64,000 bases of DNA from NCBI GenBank assembly GCA_048884965.1, contig JBHLQH010000001.1, positions 160,001-224,000 of the forward strand, in the 5' to 3' direction. The stretch comes from Candidatus Thorarchaeota archaeon. Lineage in GTDB: Archaea; Asgardarchaeota; Thorarchaeia; Thorarchaeales; Thorarchaeaceae. The notes under the pieces were generated by a model, which was not told the DNA's origin, made no database searches, and saw only the letters and a list, made by a program, of their open reading frames with translations. Every line of letters starts with the position of its first letter. Positions within the stretch are counted from its first letter, which is position 1. Positions 36,746 to 47,224 of this stretch are shown one piece after another. The translations under genes and the position numbers were made by a program.

Positions 36746-38814
36746 TGGGAATGAGTGGTCATGGTGGCCCTAGAGGTCTTATGGGTGGAAAAGACACTCG
36801 TAGCAGACCGGTACGAGTTTTGTTAGGTCGGATGGTTACCTATCTAGGTAAGTTCCGACGTATCGTAGCCATTGGTGCACTTCTATCACTAATTGCTACT
36901 GTGCTATCAGTTGTCAATCCTCTGATATTACAAGTTGGGATTGACGCAGTGCTTGTTGAAGCAAGTACCTTGGATGTAATCCTCTTCCTTACAGGACTAT
37001 ATCTGGTGATCCGAATTCTATCCTGGGTATTAGGCAGTCTCAATGTTTGGATTCTAGCTGATGCACAAGCAGGATTTGTTCAGAATGTACAGGAAGATGT
37101 TTACAATCATCTGGTCGAAGCTGATCTATCCTACCATAAATCCCAACAGAGTGGAAACGTCACATCAAGGGTGACGACAGATGTGGTATCGCTCGGAACG
37201 GGAATCCAGGTCCTTATCGATTTTGCGTCCCAGATTTTAATGATTGTAGCAACATTCTTCCTATTATGGACTGCATCACCACTTATTGCATTAACTTCAC
37301 TAGTCGTAGTCCCTGGTGTTATATTCATCACCATTCTCTTTGGCTCTGTTGGTCAGAAGATCATGCTGGCGTCACAGAGGGCCTATGGCAAGGTTTCTGG
37401 TCAGATAGCTGAGAATCTCAGTGGAATACACATTGCTAAGGCATTCAATAGAGAAGAAGAGCTCGCTGAAGAGATGTCAGAATTGAATCAGCAGGCATAT
37501 CACCATGGTTTCAGATTCATGATCCTGATGAGTGCAATGCAGCCTCTTGTCCGAGGCATTGGACAACTCGGAATTGCCGCGGTGCTATTTGTTTCAGGTT
37601 CTCTTGCTGTTGGAACACTCGCTGTTCTTACACCCGGTCAGGTATTTCTGGGCGTTACACTTGTTGGTACATTTATGTGGCCTTTACTTGGTCTATCGAT
37701 GATGTTCTCTCAGGTACAAGCGTCACTTGCAGCAATGGACAGAATATCTGATGTACTTGAATCTGATAGGGCTATTATCGATAGTCCTGAAGCAATTCCT
37801 TTGAATCCTGAGAATGATGGGATCGTTTTCGATAGCGTGACATTCTCATATATCGAGGGAACAGAGGTATTGAAAGATGTGAGCTTTGAGATTCTACCTG
37901 GTGAACTTGTTGCCGTCGTAGGACATACAGGAGCTGGAAAGACAACATTAGCTGCTCTAGTAAATCGATTCTATGACCCTGCCTCAGGAAGGATAATGAT
38001 TGGGAACCAAGACCTCCGTGGAATCACACTTGAATCACTTCATGATACAGTTTCTTTGATCCCCCAAGAACCCTACCTCTTCGATGGAACAGTGATGGAG
38101 AACATACGGTACGGGAAGCCAGCCGCGACGGATGAAGATATCATCAATCTGTGTAAAATCATCGGAGCGAATGAGTTCATTGATGTCCTCGCTGAGGGTT
38201 ACGACACCATAATACTTGAGAGTGGGAAGAATCTAAGTGCAGGACAAAGGCAGATGATCACTATTGCCCGAACGATGCTTGCAGATCCAAAGATCCTGAT
38301 TCTAGACGAAGCTACAAGTCGACTCGACGCCTATAGCGAATCATTGGTACAGGATGCACAGGCTCAGTTGTTCGCAAACAGGACGACCATTGTTATTGCG
38401 CACAGACTCACCACAATTGCCAATGCCTCACGTGTCTTTGTGTTCGATCATGGAAAGCTAATAGAGCAAGGTACACACAAGCAATTGCTTGAGTTGGATG
38501 GAACCTTCAAAGCCCTCTATGAAACATACTATGCTCACCAAGGCATAGAAGAGATTACTGAGGAGGCCGCTGAACAGGCTAAATCCGAGGTATCAAAATA
38601 TGGTGAGCCTGAGATTCCAGCTGCTGGACCTGGAATGGGCGGTGGAATGATGGGCATGATGGGTGGTATGGGTCCGATGGCTGGAGGAATGGATCCAAAG
38701 CAGATGTTAGAGCGATTCAAAAAGATGCCTCCAGATCAACGGAAACACATCTTGGAAATGATGCCCCCTGAAATGAGAGAGCGTATTGAGAAAGCACTAG
38801 AAACGTCTGACTAG
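36745..38814 (+). CDS. ABC exporter TMD-NBD half-transporter carrying the consensus-site motifs
   Basis: GHTGAGKT, LSAGQ, ILDEA, IAHRL; Gly/Met-rich C-terminal extension. Confidence 0.92.
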   Translation: MGMSGHGGPRGLMGGKDTRSRPVRVLLGRMVTYLGKFRRIVAIGALLSLIATVLSVVNPLILQVGIDAVLVEASTLDVILFLTGLYLVIRILSWVLGSLNVWILADAQAGFVQNVQEDVYNHLVEADLSYHKSQQSGNVTSRVTTDVVSLGTGIQVLIDFASQILMIVATFFLLWTASPLIALTSLVVVPGVIFITILFGSVGQKIMLASQRAYGKVSGQIAENLSGIHIAKAFNREEELAEEMSELNQQAYHHGFRFMILMSAMQPLVRGIGQLGIAAVLFVSGSLAVGTLAVLTPGQVFLGVTLVGTFMWPLLGLSMMFSQVQASLAAMDRISDVLESDRAIIDSPEAIPLNPENDGIVFDSVTFSYIEGTEVLKDVSFEILPGELVAVVGHTGAGKTTLAALVNRFYDPASGRIMIGNQDLRGITLESLHDTVSLIPQEPYLFDGTVMENIRYGKPAATDEDIINLCKIIGANEFIDVLAEGYDTIILESGKNLSAGQRQMITIARTMLADPKILILDEATSRLDAYSESLVQDAQAQLFANRTTIVIAHRLTTIANASRVFVFDHGKLIEQGTHKQLLELDGTFKALYETYYAHQGIEEITEEAAEQAKSEVSKYGEPEIPAAGPGMGGGMMGMMGGMGPMAGGMDPKQMLERFKKMPPDQRKHILEMMPPEMRERIEKALETSD

Positions 38815-39590
38815 AGCGCCTCTATCAGACGTTCTCCCTTTCCTATTAGGAATATTGAGAATCCAATTAGCCAGTACGCGATTGCTGCCATAATCTGCAT
38901 AGCAGGAGTTGCGTAGCTCGGGAAGATTGAACTCCAGATGATGGTCCTTGCAAGCAGTGCCAAGGTGCCAATGATTGAGAGTAGCAGCGGAAGGCTGAAG
39001 AATCCCTTTCTGAAGTGATAAAGAATGATAAGATTGGAGATTACCACAATTGTTAGTCCTATCTCAAGAAGTATAGTAACAATCAGATGACTCCACAACA
39101 TAGCGCTACTCAAGAGAATGAATACCTGAACCACTATGTATGGAATTGCTGAGAGTATCAGGATTAGAGGCATGATGAGTTTCTTGTCTGAGAACTCTAG
39201 AACACTATTTGTTGCATAGAGATAGAATACGACCCCTTCTACCCAAAGCAGTACGCCTATTAATTGCACCAAACCTATTGCTATCTGGTAGCTTGCTGCA
39301 ATCCCCAAAACCTCAACGCTAATTCCTAGAATCTCAGCTATCGAAAAGAAGAGTACTGCAATGGCTAGATTTGTCTGAAGCATATGGAATTTATCATCAT
39401 TGAGGATTCCCTCTCTCGCAAAAAGAAGTAATCCAGTGAGTGACATAAGTATACCAATAGCTACGACGAGGCTGGAAGAAAGAATGAATGAGAGTGTTTC
39501 ATCAGCAAAGAATGAGATTGTAGATATCACAAGAATAAGCAAGCCTGCCATAATAAATGGAATGATTTGCTTCTTCAGATGCTGATACAA
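38811..39590 (-). CDS. Hypothetical ~8-TM membrane protein
   Basis: Eight hydrophobic segments and no soluble domain; lies downstream of and co-oriented with the longin gene. Confidence 0.75.
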   Translation of the reverse strand: MYQHLKKQIIPFIMAGLLILVISTISFFADETLSFILSSSLVVAIGILMSLTGLLLFAREGILNDDKFHMLQTNLAIAVLFFSIAEILGISVEVLGIAASYQIAIGLVQLIGVLLWVEGVVFYLYATNSVLEFSDKKLIMPLILILSAIPYIVVQVFILLSSAMLWSHLIVTILLEIGLTIVVISNLIILYHFRKGFFSLPLLLSIIGTLALLARTIIWSSIFPSYATPAMQIMAAIAYWLIGFSIFLIGKGERLIEAL

Positions 39591-39659
39591 TCATTTTCCT
39601 CCTCAGACATACTATCGCGGAACTACCTTGGAATTATATATTGTGCTGATATCCATAGC

Positions 39660-40853
39660 CTATGCAGTCAACTGCTCCCACTGCACCTCGTTAGCAATTC
39701 TTGGATATATTTGCTCAAGTTCGTCACGGGTTCGAGCAACTACAACATTTATTGGATGTGCTCCGATTAGGAGACTCACTCTTTTCGTAACGAACTGCAT
39801 TAGAGCTCTTAATCCATCAATGAGGACATCTGGAAGTATCTTGCTTTTGATTGCCGCACTGGATAAGGAGCTTCGAATCTCAACATCAACACCATTCTCA
39901 AGATCGATAAAGGTGAGCCAAGTATAGTTCTCAGCTAATGCTTGTCGCGAATCAAAGAAAATCTGTCTTGTCATTTTCCTACCAAGAAGCACTGAACAAC
40001 TTCTCAAAATCTCCTGCAACACATTCGAATGCTGAACTAAGATAGCCTGTGCTTCAGAAACTCGTTCTACTGCATCGCGCTCAGCAAGAATGGCTATCTC
40101 TTCAAGAAACCTCCGTAGGTCAGTCGTCTTTACTCTCTCAGCCGCTATTGCTAATGGTGTTTCACCATCTAGTTGACTCAGTGCCGCAGTAGTTTCAGGA
40201 GAAACCCCATCAATATAGTCCCCTGTTCTCTCTAGAGATGTAGTCTGGTAGATATCATCTGGACGAACAGGAGTGGAAAGAACAACAGCTTTCTCCCAAA
40301 TGGCATTCGCGACGATATTGGCAACAACTTCCAATGGCATCTCAAGGAACTTGGCTGCATCTTTCACCGAAATGGTTTCAGGCAGAAGTTTGAGGAAGGA
40401 TACGACCTCTGGATCTCTGACATAGAGATCCCAATTCAACTTCTGACGAATGTGACTTTCTGGAGTAATCTGACAACGAAGAAGCTCTGAGATCACATGT
40501 TTCTCGAACCTACTATATACTGCCAAGTCCATCTCGACCCAACGAAGCAGATTGAATTGCTCCTCGAAGATTACGATGAGATTACGAAGTCGTTCACGGA
40601 TTATCTCGTCATCTTCAGATGCTGCAATCGCACCCAGTGTCCATTCTCCAAATTCGACGAGGATTTTGTAGTCAGTACCTTCGAACGCTCGAGCCCTGGA
40701 AGAAATCGATTGATTTGCTTCGTCGAAAAAAGATGTCATGGCACTGATGAATGAAGAAATGAGGTCTGGGTCGAAGATGGCCTCTACGAAGTCTTTGTGA
40801 TACATGCAAACGCCTGTTTCGCGTTTTATGATGTACATGCTCTTTATGTTCAT
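39660..40853 (-). CDS. Longin-like domain protein with tandem wHTH-like modules (NPRL2-like architecture)
   Basis: MYII.RETGVCMYH..F....DPDLISSFISAMTSF longin-like N-terminus, then two L..LD/PG..S/PV...A HTH-like units. Confidence 0.72.
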   Translation of the reverse strand: MNIKSMYIIKRETGVCMYHKDFVEAIFDPDLISSFISAMTSFFDEANQSISSRARAFEGTDYKILVEFGEWTLGAIAASEDDEIIRERLRNLIVIFEEQFNLLRWVEMDLAVYSRFEKHVISELLRCQITPESHIRQKLNWDLYVRDPEVVSFLKLLPETISVKDAAKFLEMPLEVVANIVANAIWEKAVVLSTPVRPDDIYQTTSLERTGDYIDGVSPETTAALSQLDGETPLAIAAERVKTTDLRRFLEEIAILAERDAVERVSEAQAILVQHSNVLQEILRSCSVLLGRKMTRQIFFDSRQALAENYTWLTFIDLENGVDVEIRSSLSSAAIKSKILPDVLIDGLRALMQFVTKRVSLLIGAHPINVVVARTRDELEQIYPRIANEVQWEQLTA

Positions 40854-40999
40854 GAAGGAAATTCCTCACTCATTCACCTAATGTCTAGCAAGCCACATTC
40901 CAAAAATAGGAATGGAGGAGGAAGTATTAATCTTATTAGGGATGTATTAGTTTGTTCCCTTTCATTAGTCCTATAAGGGTTCAAATCTGACGTGAGATT

Positions 41000-41608
41000 A
41001 TGACTCCCGAAGAGCTAGCCCTCACATGCCCGATATGCGGTTCTGCCAAGTTTGCAGTGCAATCCATGCTCTACAGCGTTCCGTTCTTCCATGAGCTAGC
41101 GATGTTCACAATGAAGTGCAATGAATGCAATTTCGCACATAACGACGTATTTTCCGCAGAAGAACGACCTCCTATGAGATGGACGCTGAAAGTCAATGAA
41201 CCTGAGCTACTCAATACAAGAGTTGTACGTTCTGGGTCAGGTACTATTCGTTTTCCTGAATTCGGGATTACTATTGAGCCTGGTCCTACCGCTGATTCAT
41301 ACATCTCAAATGTTGAGGGTGTTCTCTACAGGACGCGTCCCGTTGTTGAGTCTGCTGTTAGATTTGCTGAGAAGGAATCAGAGAGGACTCGCGGTCTGGA
41401 GGTCCTCGAGATGATGATATCAGCAATTCGAGGAGAATTTGAGTTCACGATGATCATCGAGGATCCTATGGGCGTAAGTGGTATACTACCTGAGGATATG
41501 AGGTTGGTCAAGAGAGAGGAACTCAGCAGAGAGGAAGCATCCAAACTTCGAGGTGCTCCAGCATGGCTCGATACAGCTCGAGAACAGTATCACGAGCGTA
41601 AGGGTTAA
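41000..41608 (+). CDS. zpr1: ZPR1 zinc-finger protein (archaeal single-module)
   Basis: CPICG, VPFF.E, CNECNF...DV, LN.RVVRS, IEPGP, SNVEG.L, IEDP.G.S. Confidence 0.93.
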   Translation: MTPEELALTCPICGSAKFAVQSMLYSVPFFHELAMFTMKCNECNFAHNDVFSAEERPPMRWTLKVNEPELLNTRVVRSGSGTIRFPEFGITIEPGPTADSYISNVEGVLYRTRPVVESAVRFAEKESERTRGLEVLEMMISAIRGEFEFTMIIEDPMGVSGILPEDMRLVKREELSREEASKLRGAPAWLDTAREQYHERKG

Positions 41609-41639
41609 AACGGTGGCATTAAGTTTTCACGGTACACGT

Positions 41640-41716
41640 GGGCCGGTAGATTAGCCCGGCAGATCGCATGGTTTGCATCCATGAGGCCGCGAGTTCAAAT
41701 CTCGCCCGGTCCACCA
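41640..41716 (+). tRNA. tRNA-Ala (TGC), intronless, CCA encoded
   Basis: Acceptor GGGCCGG/CCGGTCC with G3:U70, anticodon arm CATGG-TTTGCAT-CCATG, T arm GCGAG-TTCAAAT-CTCGC, ends ACCA. Confidence 0.96.
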
Positions 41717-41844
41717 TCTCCTTCATTATTGTCCATTTTTCATTGATGAAATTACTTTTGGTTCTTAGCGGAGGTCATGTGCATTGCAAGTGATAGCGAA
41801 CAACATATCTGAAATCTTGCATAATTGTAGCATAGGAATCAGTA

Positions 41845-42408
41845 ATGGGATCATTCGAAAAGAAGTGGCATATGGGGAAGAAACATGCTGCTAGTATCAG
41901 TGTCATCATTACCTTGGCGGTAATTGCTCCACTACTTGCAATTCAAATAACTGGACTCGGTATGCCCCACACCGGAAAGATCGATTTGACAACATCTGTT
42001 CTCCATTGGTTTAATGGTACAATGATACTCGAATGTGATGATGGATACACCGAGAGGATATACATCCGATATCCAGATAATCTACCTCCTTTGGGTCCTG
42101 ATGAACTTGTACAAACTGGGTCATTGGTGAACCGTGATTTTACGAAGTCAACTCTTTGTACTCTCACATTCTCTATCCCTGTCCTGGGATTGACCTTGGG
42201 ACCTTTTCAATTCCAATCATATCAAAGCAAAATCCTCTACCAAGATGATGACGAGAATATGATTGAGTGGGTTGTTATGGAATCTCAGGCAAATGACATG
42301 TCAAATTCAAGGATGAGTTGTGGATTCATAACCTGCTTTTCAGATGAAATGAAAAGATTACCCTTGTTTGATGGGTATGAGAATCTCGCCAGTAGGCAGA
42401 TTAAGTAG
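41845..42408 (+). CDS. Hypothetical protein with N-terminal TM/signal anchor
   Basis: 187-aa ATG ORF with one hydrophobic segment. Confidence 0.6.
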   Translation: MGSFEKKWHMGKKHAASISVIITLAVIAPLLAIQITGLGMPHTGKIDLTTSVLHWFNGTMILECDDGYTERIYIRYPDNLPPLGPDELVQTGSLVNRDFTKSTLCTLTFSIPVLGLTLGPFQFQSYQSKILYQDDDENMIEWVVMESQANDMSNSRMSCGFITCFSDEMKRLPLFDGYENLASRQIK

Positions 42409-42652
42409 CTGAGAAGGTCATGCCATTTACTTCAACGGGATTCTCCTCATTTCCCAGAGGAGCGACTGCTGGGGGGAGTGGTGTGGGTTTTTCTTCACTC
42501 TTTGGCTCGAATATTATTAGAGGTACCAATACAACCAGAATTGTACAGATTCCTGCGACCAATAACAGCAATCTACGATCCATCTTCCCACCTCTTAATG
42601 CATTCTCTATTAGCGACATATAATCTCGCTTTTGCACGCGAATTCCCTGCAT
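42401..42652 (-). CDS. Small single-TM hypothetical protein
   Basis: MDRRLLLLVAGICTILVVLVPLIIF followed by a Pro-rich tail; probably starts at the internal Met after GGTGGG. Confidence 0.4.
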   Translation of the reverse strand: MQGIRVQKRDYMSLIENALRGGKMDRRLLLLVAGICTILVVLVPLIIFEPKSEEKPTPLPPAVAPLGNEENPVEVNGMTFSAT

Positions 42653-42739
42653 TTTCTGGAAATACTCTTCTTCAGCTATTGTGTTTGGTGAAAAGTATGT
42701 CTGTACGAAAGGAATAATATATACAAAACTGAGAAGAGC

Positions 42740-45619
42740 ATGCCCAGTGATTTTGGAGAGAGCGACACAGTGACCGAAGAATACGAATGGTTCCGGCGGA
42801 CACCAGAAGAAACTCTGGAGCGACTCAACTCATCTGAAAACGGTCTAAGTAGCGAAGAAGCCAATCAACGGCTTTTCGAATATGGTCCGAATGAACTTGA
42901 AGAAGCTGACCGAATAAGCCCATTCAGGATGTTCCTTGAGCAGTTCGCAAATCCCATGGTCATCATTCTTCTGTTTGCGATCATAATCTCTGTAGCAACT
43001 GTTATGTTACATGGCAGTCATGAGGAGGAGGGATTCATAGATGCATTCGTCATTTCAGCTATCGTTCTTATCAATGCTATTTTTGGATTCGTACAGGAGT
43101 ATCGATCTGAACAAGCATTGGAAGCATTGAAGGATCTCTCTGCTCCCATGGCCATAGTAAAACGAGATGGCGAATGGATCGAAATCGAAGCACGAAATCT
43201 TGTTCCAGGTGATATTGTGTCTCTTGAAGCAGGTGATATCGTTCCAGCTGATGCTCGTTTGCTCACCTCCTCAGGATTAGCAACCGACGAGGCTGCTCTT
43301 ACAGGGGAATCCCTAGCAGTACATAAGAGAGTGAAAGAAATCTCATCCGAGCGACCTGCATTGGGTGATATGCTCAATCTAGTATTTCAGGGATCAATAG
43401 TGAGTGCCGGCAAAGGTACTGCTGTTATTACATCAACGGGCATGAAGACCGAATTCGGGAAAATCGCTCAACTGGTACAACAGAGTGAACAGGAGTTGAC
43501 CCCTCTTCAGATTGACTTGGAAGACTTGGGCAAAAAGCTTGGAGGCATTGTCCTATTCTTATCCATTATTGTATTCGCGGCATTGGTGTTTGTCAACACC
43601 TCCTATGATTGGACTGAAGCTCTTTTCGTGGCGATAGCTGTCGCGGTTGCAGCAATCCCTGAGGGACTTCCAGCAGTAGTGACAGTCACTCTTGCAATTG
43701 GAGTCAGTCGGATGGTCAAGAAGAATGCCATTGTACGTAGGTTGCCTAGCGTTGAATCATTGGGATCAACGACTGTGATATGTTCAGACAAGACTGGTAC
43801 GATTACCAAGAATGAGATGACGGTTCGTCATGTCTACTTGCCTTCCGCAAGGGTCGCGATTTCTGGTATTGGATATTCTATGAACGGCCAAATGTTCTAT
43901 GCTTCCGAGTATGCCACATGTGTTGACCCTCCAGAAACCGTGAGCCCCTTCAATGTTGCTGAGAGTGAAGAGATGCTGATGCTACTCAAGGCTGGTCAGA
44001 TTTGCTCCACAACAAAGTTGGCACCAGATCCTGAGAATCCTTCTAATTGGAAGATACTAGGTGACCCGACTGAAGGAGCACTTTTGGTCCTTGCAGAGAA
44101 AGGCGGACTGAGATATGATGAAACAGCATCCGAATTCGAGGAACTTGCAGAGTTCTCATTTGATTCTACGCGAAAACGAATGACGACTATAGTGAGGGAT
44201 AGGTCAGACGGATTGTGGGCCTTCGTTAAGGGTGCCCCTGAGGTGATACTTGAGAAATCAAGTAAGGTCATTGTAGGTGCTGATGAGGTGGAATTGTCTG
44301 AGGATAGAAGTGATGACATCCGAAAGGCGAACATCACTATGGCTAGCTGTGCTATGAGAGTTCTTGGCTTGGCGTACAAGAGGCTGGAGCCTCAATCTGC
44401 TGATTGGGTCGAGGATGAGGTCGAAGTTGATTTGGTCTTCTTGGGGCTAACCGGTATGATAGACTCCCCACGAGAGGGAGTTGTTGATGCAATTGCTAAG
44501 TGCCGAAGAGCTGGCATTCGTCCAATCATGATAACTGGCGACCACGCGCTTACTGCGTTGTCTATTGCGAGAAGTGTGGGCTTGACAAAGACAACATTTG
44601 AAGCCGTGACTGGTGCAGAACTCAGTGAGATGACTGACGAGGAACTTGATGTCATTGTTAGGGAGAGGGATGTCTTCGCTCGCGTAGCACCAGAACACAA
44701 GCTTAGAATTGTACAAGCACTCAAACGGCAGAATCAAGTCGTTGCAATGACAGGTGATGGTGTTAATGATGCTCCCGCCATAAAGACCGCGGATGTAGGT
44801 ATCTCAATGGGTATTCGAGGCGCTGGAGTGACGAAGGAGGCGTCCGATCTCGTTCTCACCGATGATAACTTTTCTACCATCGTTTCTGCGATTGAAGTTG
44901 GTAGAGAAATATACGCGAACATTCGAAAGTTCGTAAGATTTCTCCTTTCTGCCAATGCAGGGGAGGTGCTTCTGGTCTTCCTTATGGCAATGATAGGTCT
45001 ACCAATTCCCCTGACACCAGTCGAGATTCTCTGGATCAATTTAGTGACAGACGGACCTCCAGCTCTTGCCCTTGGTTTTGATCCTCCTCCAAAGGGGATC
45101 ATGGACCGTTGTCCTAGGAAACCGGGAAGCAGAATGCTGGACAAAGGAATGGTTCGCATAATTCTTGTAGGTGGATTATTGGCTACGTTTGCGGCGAGCT
45201 TTGTCTATCTATTTACACTGTGGTTCAGTATTGGGTATATCCCTGGGATCACTGGCCCTCCTGCAAACTGGCTCCTACCACAATATGCAGATGCACTAAA
45301 GGTATCTCAAACTGCTACCTTCACAACAATGGTGGTTTTCCAGCTTCTATGGGTATGGAACTGCAGAGACGAGTGGAACCCCGTTTGGCGTACCAATATC
45401 CGAGAATCCCGTAGTCTCATAGTTGCTGTTGCTTTCTCATTTGTACTTACTTTAATGGTACTCTACACTCCACTATCTATCGCATTTGGCACCGTACCTC
45501 TTGGATTAGATCTATGGATTCTGATAGTTATTCTTAGCTTGGTTGGTCTATTAGCTCCAGTATACAAGCTGTTAGGCCATACTGAGGAGGAAACATGTAA
45601 AGAAGACGATACTGACTAA
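42740..45619 (+). CDS. P-type ATPase, P2A (Ca2+-transporting-like)
   Basis: TGES, IPEGLP, DKTGT, KGAPE, TGDH, GDGVND, M5 SANAGEV, M6 NLVTDG. Confidence 0.95.
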   Translation: MPSDFGESDTVTEEYEWFRRTPEETLERLNSSENGLSSEEANQRLFEYGPNELEEADRISPFRMFLEQFANPMVIILLFAIIISVATVMLHGSHEEEGFIDAFVISAIVLINAIFGFVQEYRSEQALEALKDLSAPMAIVKRDGEWIEIEARNLVPGDIVSLEAGDIVPADARLLTSSGLATDEAALTGESLAVHKRVKEISSERPALGDMLNLVFQGSIVSAGKGTAVITSTGMKTEFGKIAQLVQQSEQELTPLQIDLEDLGKKLGGIVLFLSIIVFAALVFVNTSYDWTEALFVAIAVAVAAIPEGLPAVVTVTLAIGVSRMVKKNAIVRRLPSVESLGSTTVICSDKTGTITKNEMTVRHVYLPSARVAISGIGYSMNGQMFYASEYATCVDPPETVSPFNVAESEEMLMLLKAGQICSTTKLAPDPENPSNWKILGDPTEGALLVLAEKGGLRYDETASEFEELAEFSFDSTRKRMTTIVRDRSDGLWAFVKGAPEVILEKSSKVIVGADEVELSEDRSDDIRKANITMASCAMRVLGLAYKRLEPQSADWVEDEVEVDLVFLGLTGMIDSPREGVVDAIAKCRRAGIRPIMITGDHALTALSIARSVGLTKTTFEAVTGAELSEMTDEELDVIVRERDVFARVAPEHKLRIVQALKRQNQVVAMTGDGVNDAPAIKTADVGISMGIRGAGVTKEASDLVLTDDNFSTIVSAIEVGREIYANIRKFVRFLLSANAGEVLLVFLMAMIGLPIPLTPVEILWINLVTDGPPALALGFDPPPKGIMDRCPRKPGSRMLDKGMVRIILVGGLLATFAASFVYLFTLWFSIGYIPGITGPPANWLLPQYADALKVSQTATFTTMVVFQLLWVWNCRDEWNPVWRTNIRESRSLIVAVAFSFVLTLMVLYTPLSIAFGTVPLGLDLWILIVILSLVGLLAPVYKLLGHTEEETCKEDDTD

Positions 45620-45662
45620 AGAAAGTAGCAGCATTCTCTCCTGTTGACATCGACTCCTTTAA

Positions 45663-47090
45663 GTGAGAGCGCATACAAGGAGGTTTGCTATTACAATCCG
45701 TTATGAGGCTTCATTTGTGAGGGTTAAGGAAGTCGTGGCGCTTGCGCTGATACTTGCTTGTAGCTGTTGCATACCCCCATTGGAAACCATAGCGATGTCT
45801 CTCGAAGACTCTGTGAGTGAGTTTCCATATGTAGAGGAGTTTAGAGGCGGAAAGAAATTCGCATTCATGCTGTGCTGGGATGATGGTAATTATGACTTAG
45901 AATTCTCTCTCATGGAGGATGAGATTGGAATCAAGCATACGTCATTTGTGGTCACTTCTCGTGTATATGATAAAGTATTGTGGGGACTGGATATGCTCTT
46001 TCGTGGACATGATATTCAGTCTCACTCCCAAGTTCATTTGAATCACAAGAGTCTCGAGAATTCATATCAGGAATATCTGTTGGAACAGAGCAAACTAGAC
46101 ATAAAATCCCTCTTCGGATATTCGCCAATTCTTTTTGCATATCCATACGGAGCAAGTGATTCCTATTTGAGAAGTCATGTGCTTGATTACTACCGAGTAG
46201 CTCGAGGAATCGTTTTTGAGAAGGACAAGGAGATTGGACAATGGCCAATCCAAATCCTTGAGAATGCGAAGCACACATTTCCTGATGCCGATGGACTTAC
46301 TGGTGAGAATCTTCATGAGCTGTTGCCCTCCTTTGGTCAGATGATTGCCAACTATGAAAAGAAGTCTCTTGCGTACAAAGCATATGGTCACACCAAGAGT
46401 TTCACAGATGAGCAAATCACTGATCTACGAACTGCGTTATCCACGATTGCGAATCGAACAGACACATGGATCACCACATGGGGTGAAGCAGTGGCCTACC
46501 AGATTCAGAGGGATAGCTCGAATATCTATGACTATCGGATGGGTGAGGACTTCGTTTCCTTTAATATTCGTGTACCTGAGCAGGACAATTTCGGGATTCC
46601 TCTTACTTATCGCATTGAGATTCCTGAGCAATGGGAATACTTCACCGTTCTTGATGGTGGGAAGATATCAGATAGATTTTCCTTCCATAATGATGCAAAG
46701 GGCAGGTATATCCTTCTTGATGCCGTTCCAAATAATCAAAGGATTACTGTTGAAGCTTTCTCCTATCATGATACCCTCAAGCCAATAATCCGAAATCTTA
46801 GAACAATCGTCACTACCGAAGGAGTCGCGTTTCTCGCAGATGTCAGTGATGCTGGTAGCCTGATATCTAATGTGAATATCACTGTTAGTGGCAATGGATC
46901 TATCTATGAATTCACTAATGTTCGCAATCCTCTTTTTTGGTCCAATTCCACATATGGACGAGTGTTGTTTGGTATTATCAAGGGATGCTATCAGTTCAAA
47001 GTCACTGCTCGTGATGCTTCTGGGAATATCGTGGTTCTTGCCTATAACTTCAATCTTGAGCCCACGCACAGATTAGACATGCCCTCATGA
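45663..47090 (+). CDS. Secreted polysaccharide deacetylase (CE4/NodB-like) with C-terminal beta domains
   Basis: WDDG, IQSHSQVH, FAYPYG; signal-like N-terminus. Start uncertain. Confidence 0.82.
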   Translation: MRAHTRRFAITIRYEASFVRVKEVVALALILACSCCIPPLETIAMSLEDSVSEFPYVEEFRGGKKFAFMLCWDDGNYDLEFSLMEDEIGIKHTSFVVTSRVYDKVLWGLDMLFRGHDIQSHSQVHLNHKSLENSYQEYLLEQSKLDIKSLFGYSPILFAYPYGASDSYLRSHVLDYYRVARGIVFEKDKEIGQWPIQILENAKHTFPDADGLTGENLHELLPSFGQMIANYEKKSLAYKAYGHTKSFTDEQITDLRTALSTIANRTDTWITTWGEAVAYQIQRDSSNIYDYRMGEDFVSFNIRVPEQDNFGIPLTYRIEIPEQWEYFTVLDGGKISDRFSFHNDAKGRYILLDAVPNNQRITVEAFSYHDTLKPIIRNLRTIVTTEGVAFLADVSDAGSLISNVNITVSGNGSIYEFTNVRNPLFWSNSTYGRVLFGIIKGCYQFKVTARDASGNIVVLAYNFNLEPTHRLDMPS

Positions 47091-47224
47091 AAATCAGTTG
47101 TAAAGTAATCCTTAAGAGGAGCGGTTTTTGGGTTCGGTATCAATCACACCGGAAACTAGGTCATGCATTATGCAAATTCTATGACTGAACCTGACCTGGT
47201 AAAACTGGATGGTGAAAATACAAA

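Noticed and set aside
41640-42700. tRNA-Ala as the integration site of a mobile element
   Set aside because: No integrase and no duplicated tRNA 3' end was found by eye in the window.
47155-47200. Possible RNA stem (ACTAGGTCA/TGACCTGGT) upstream of hppA
   Set aside because: A 9-bp stem with a wobble pair and no recognisable riboswitch consensus could arise by chance.
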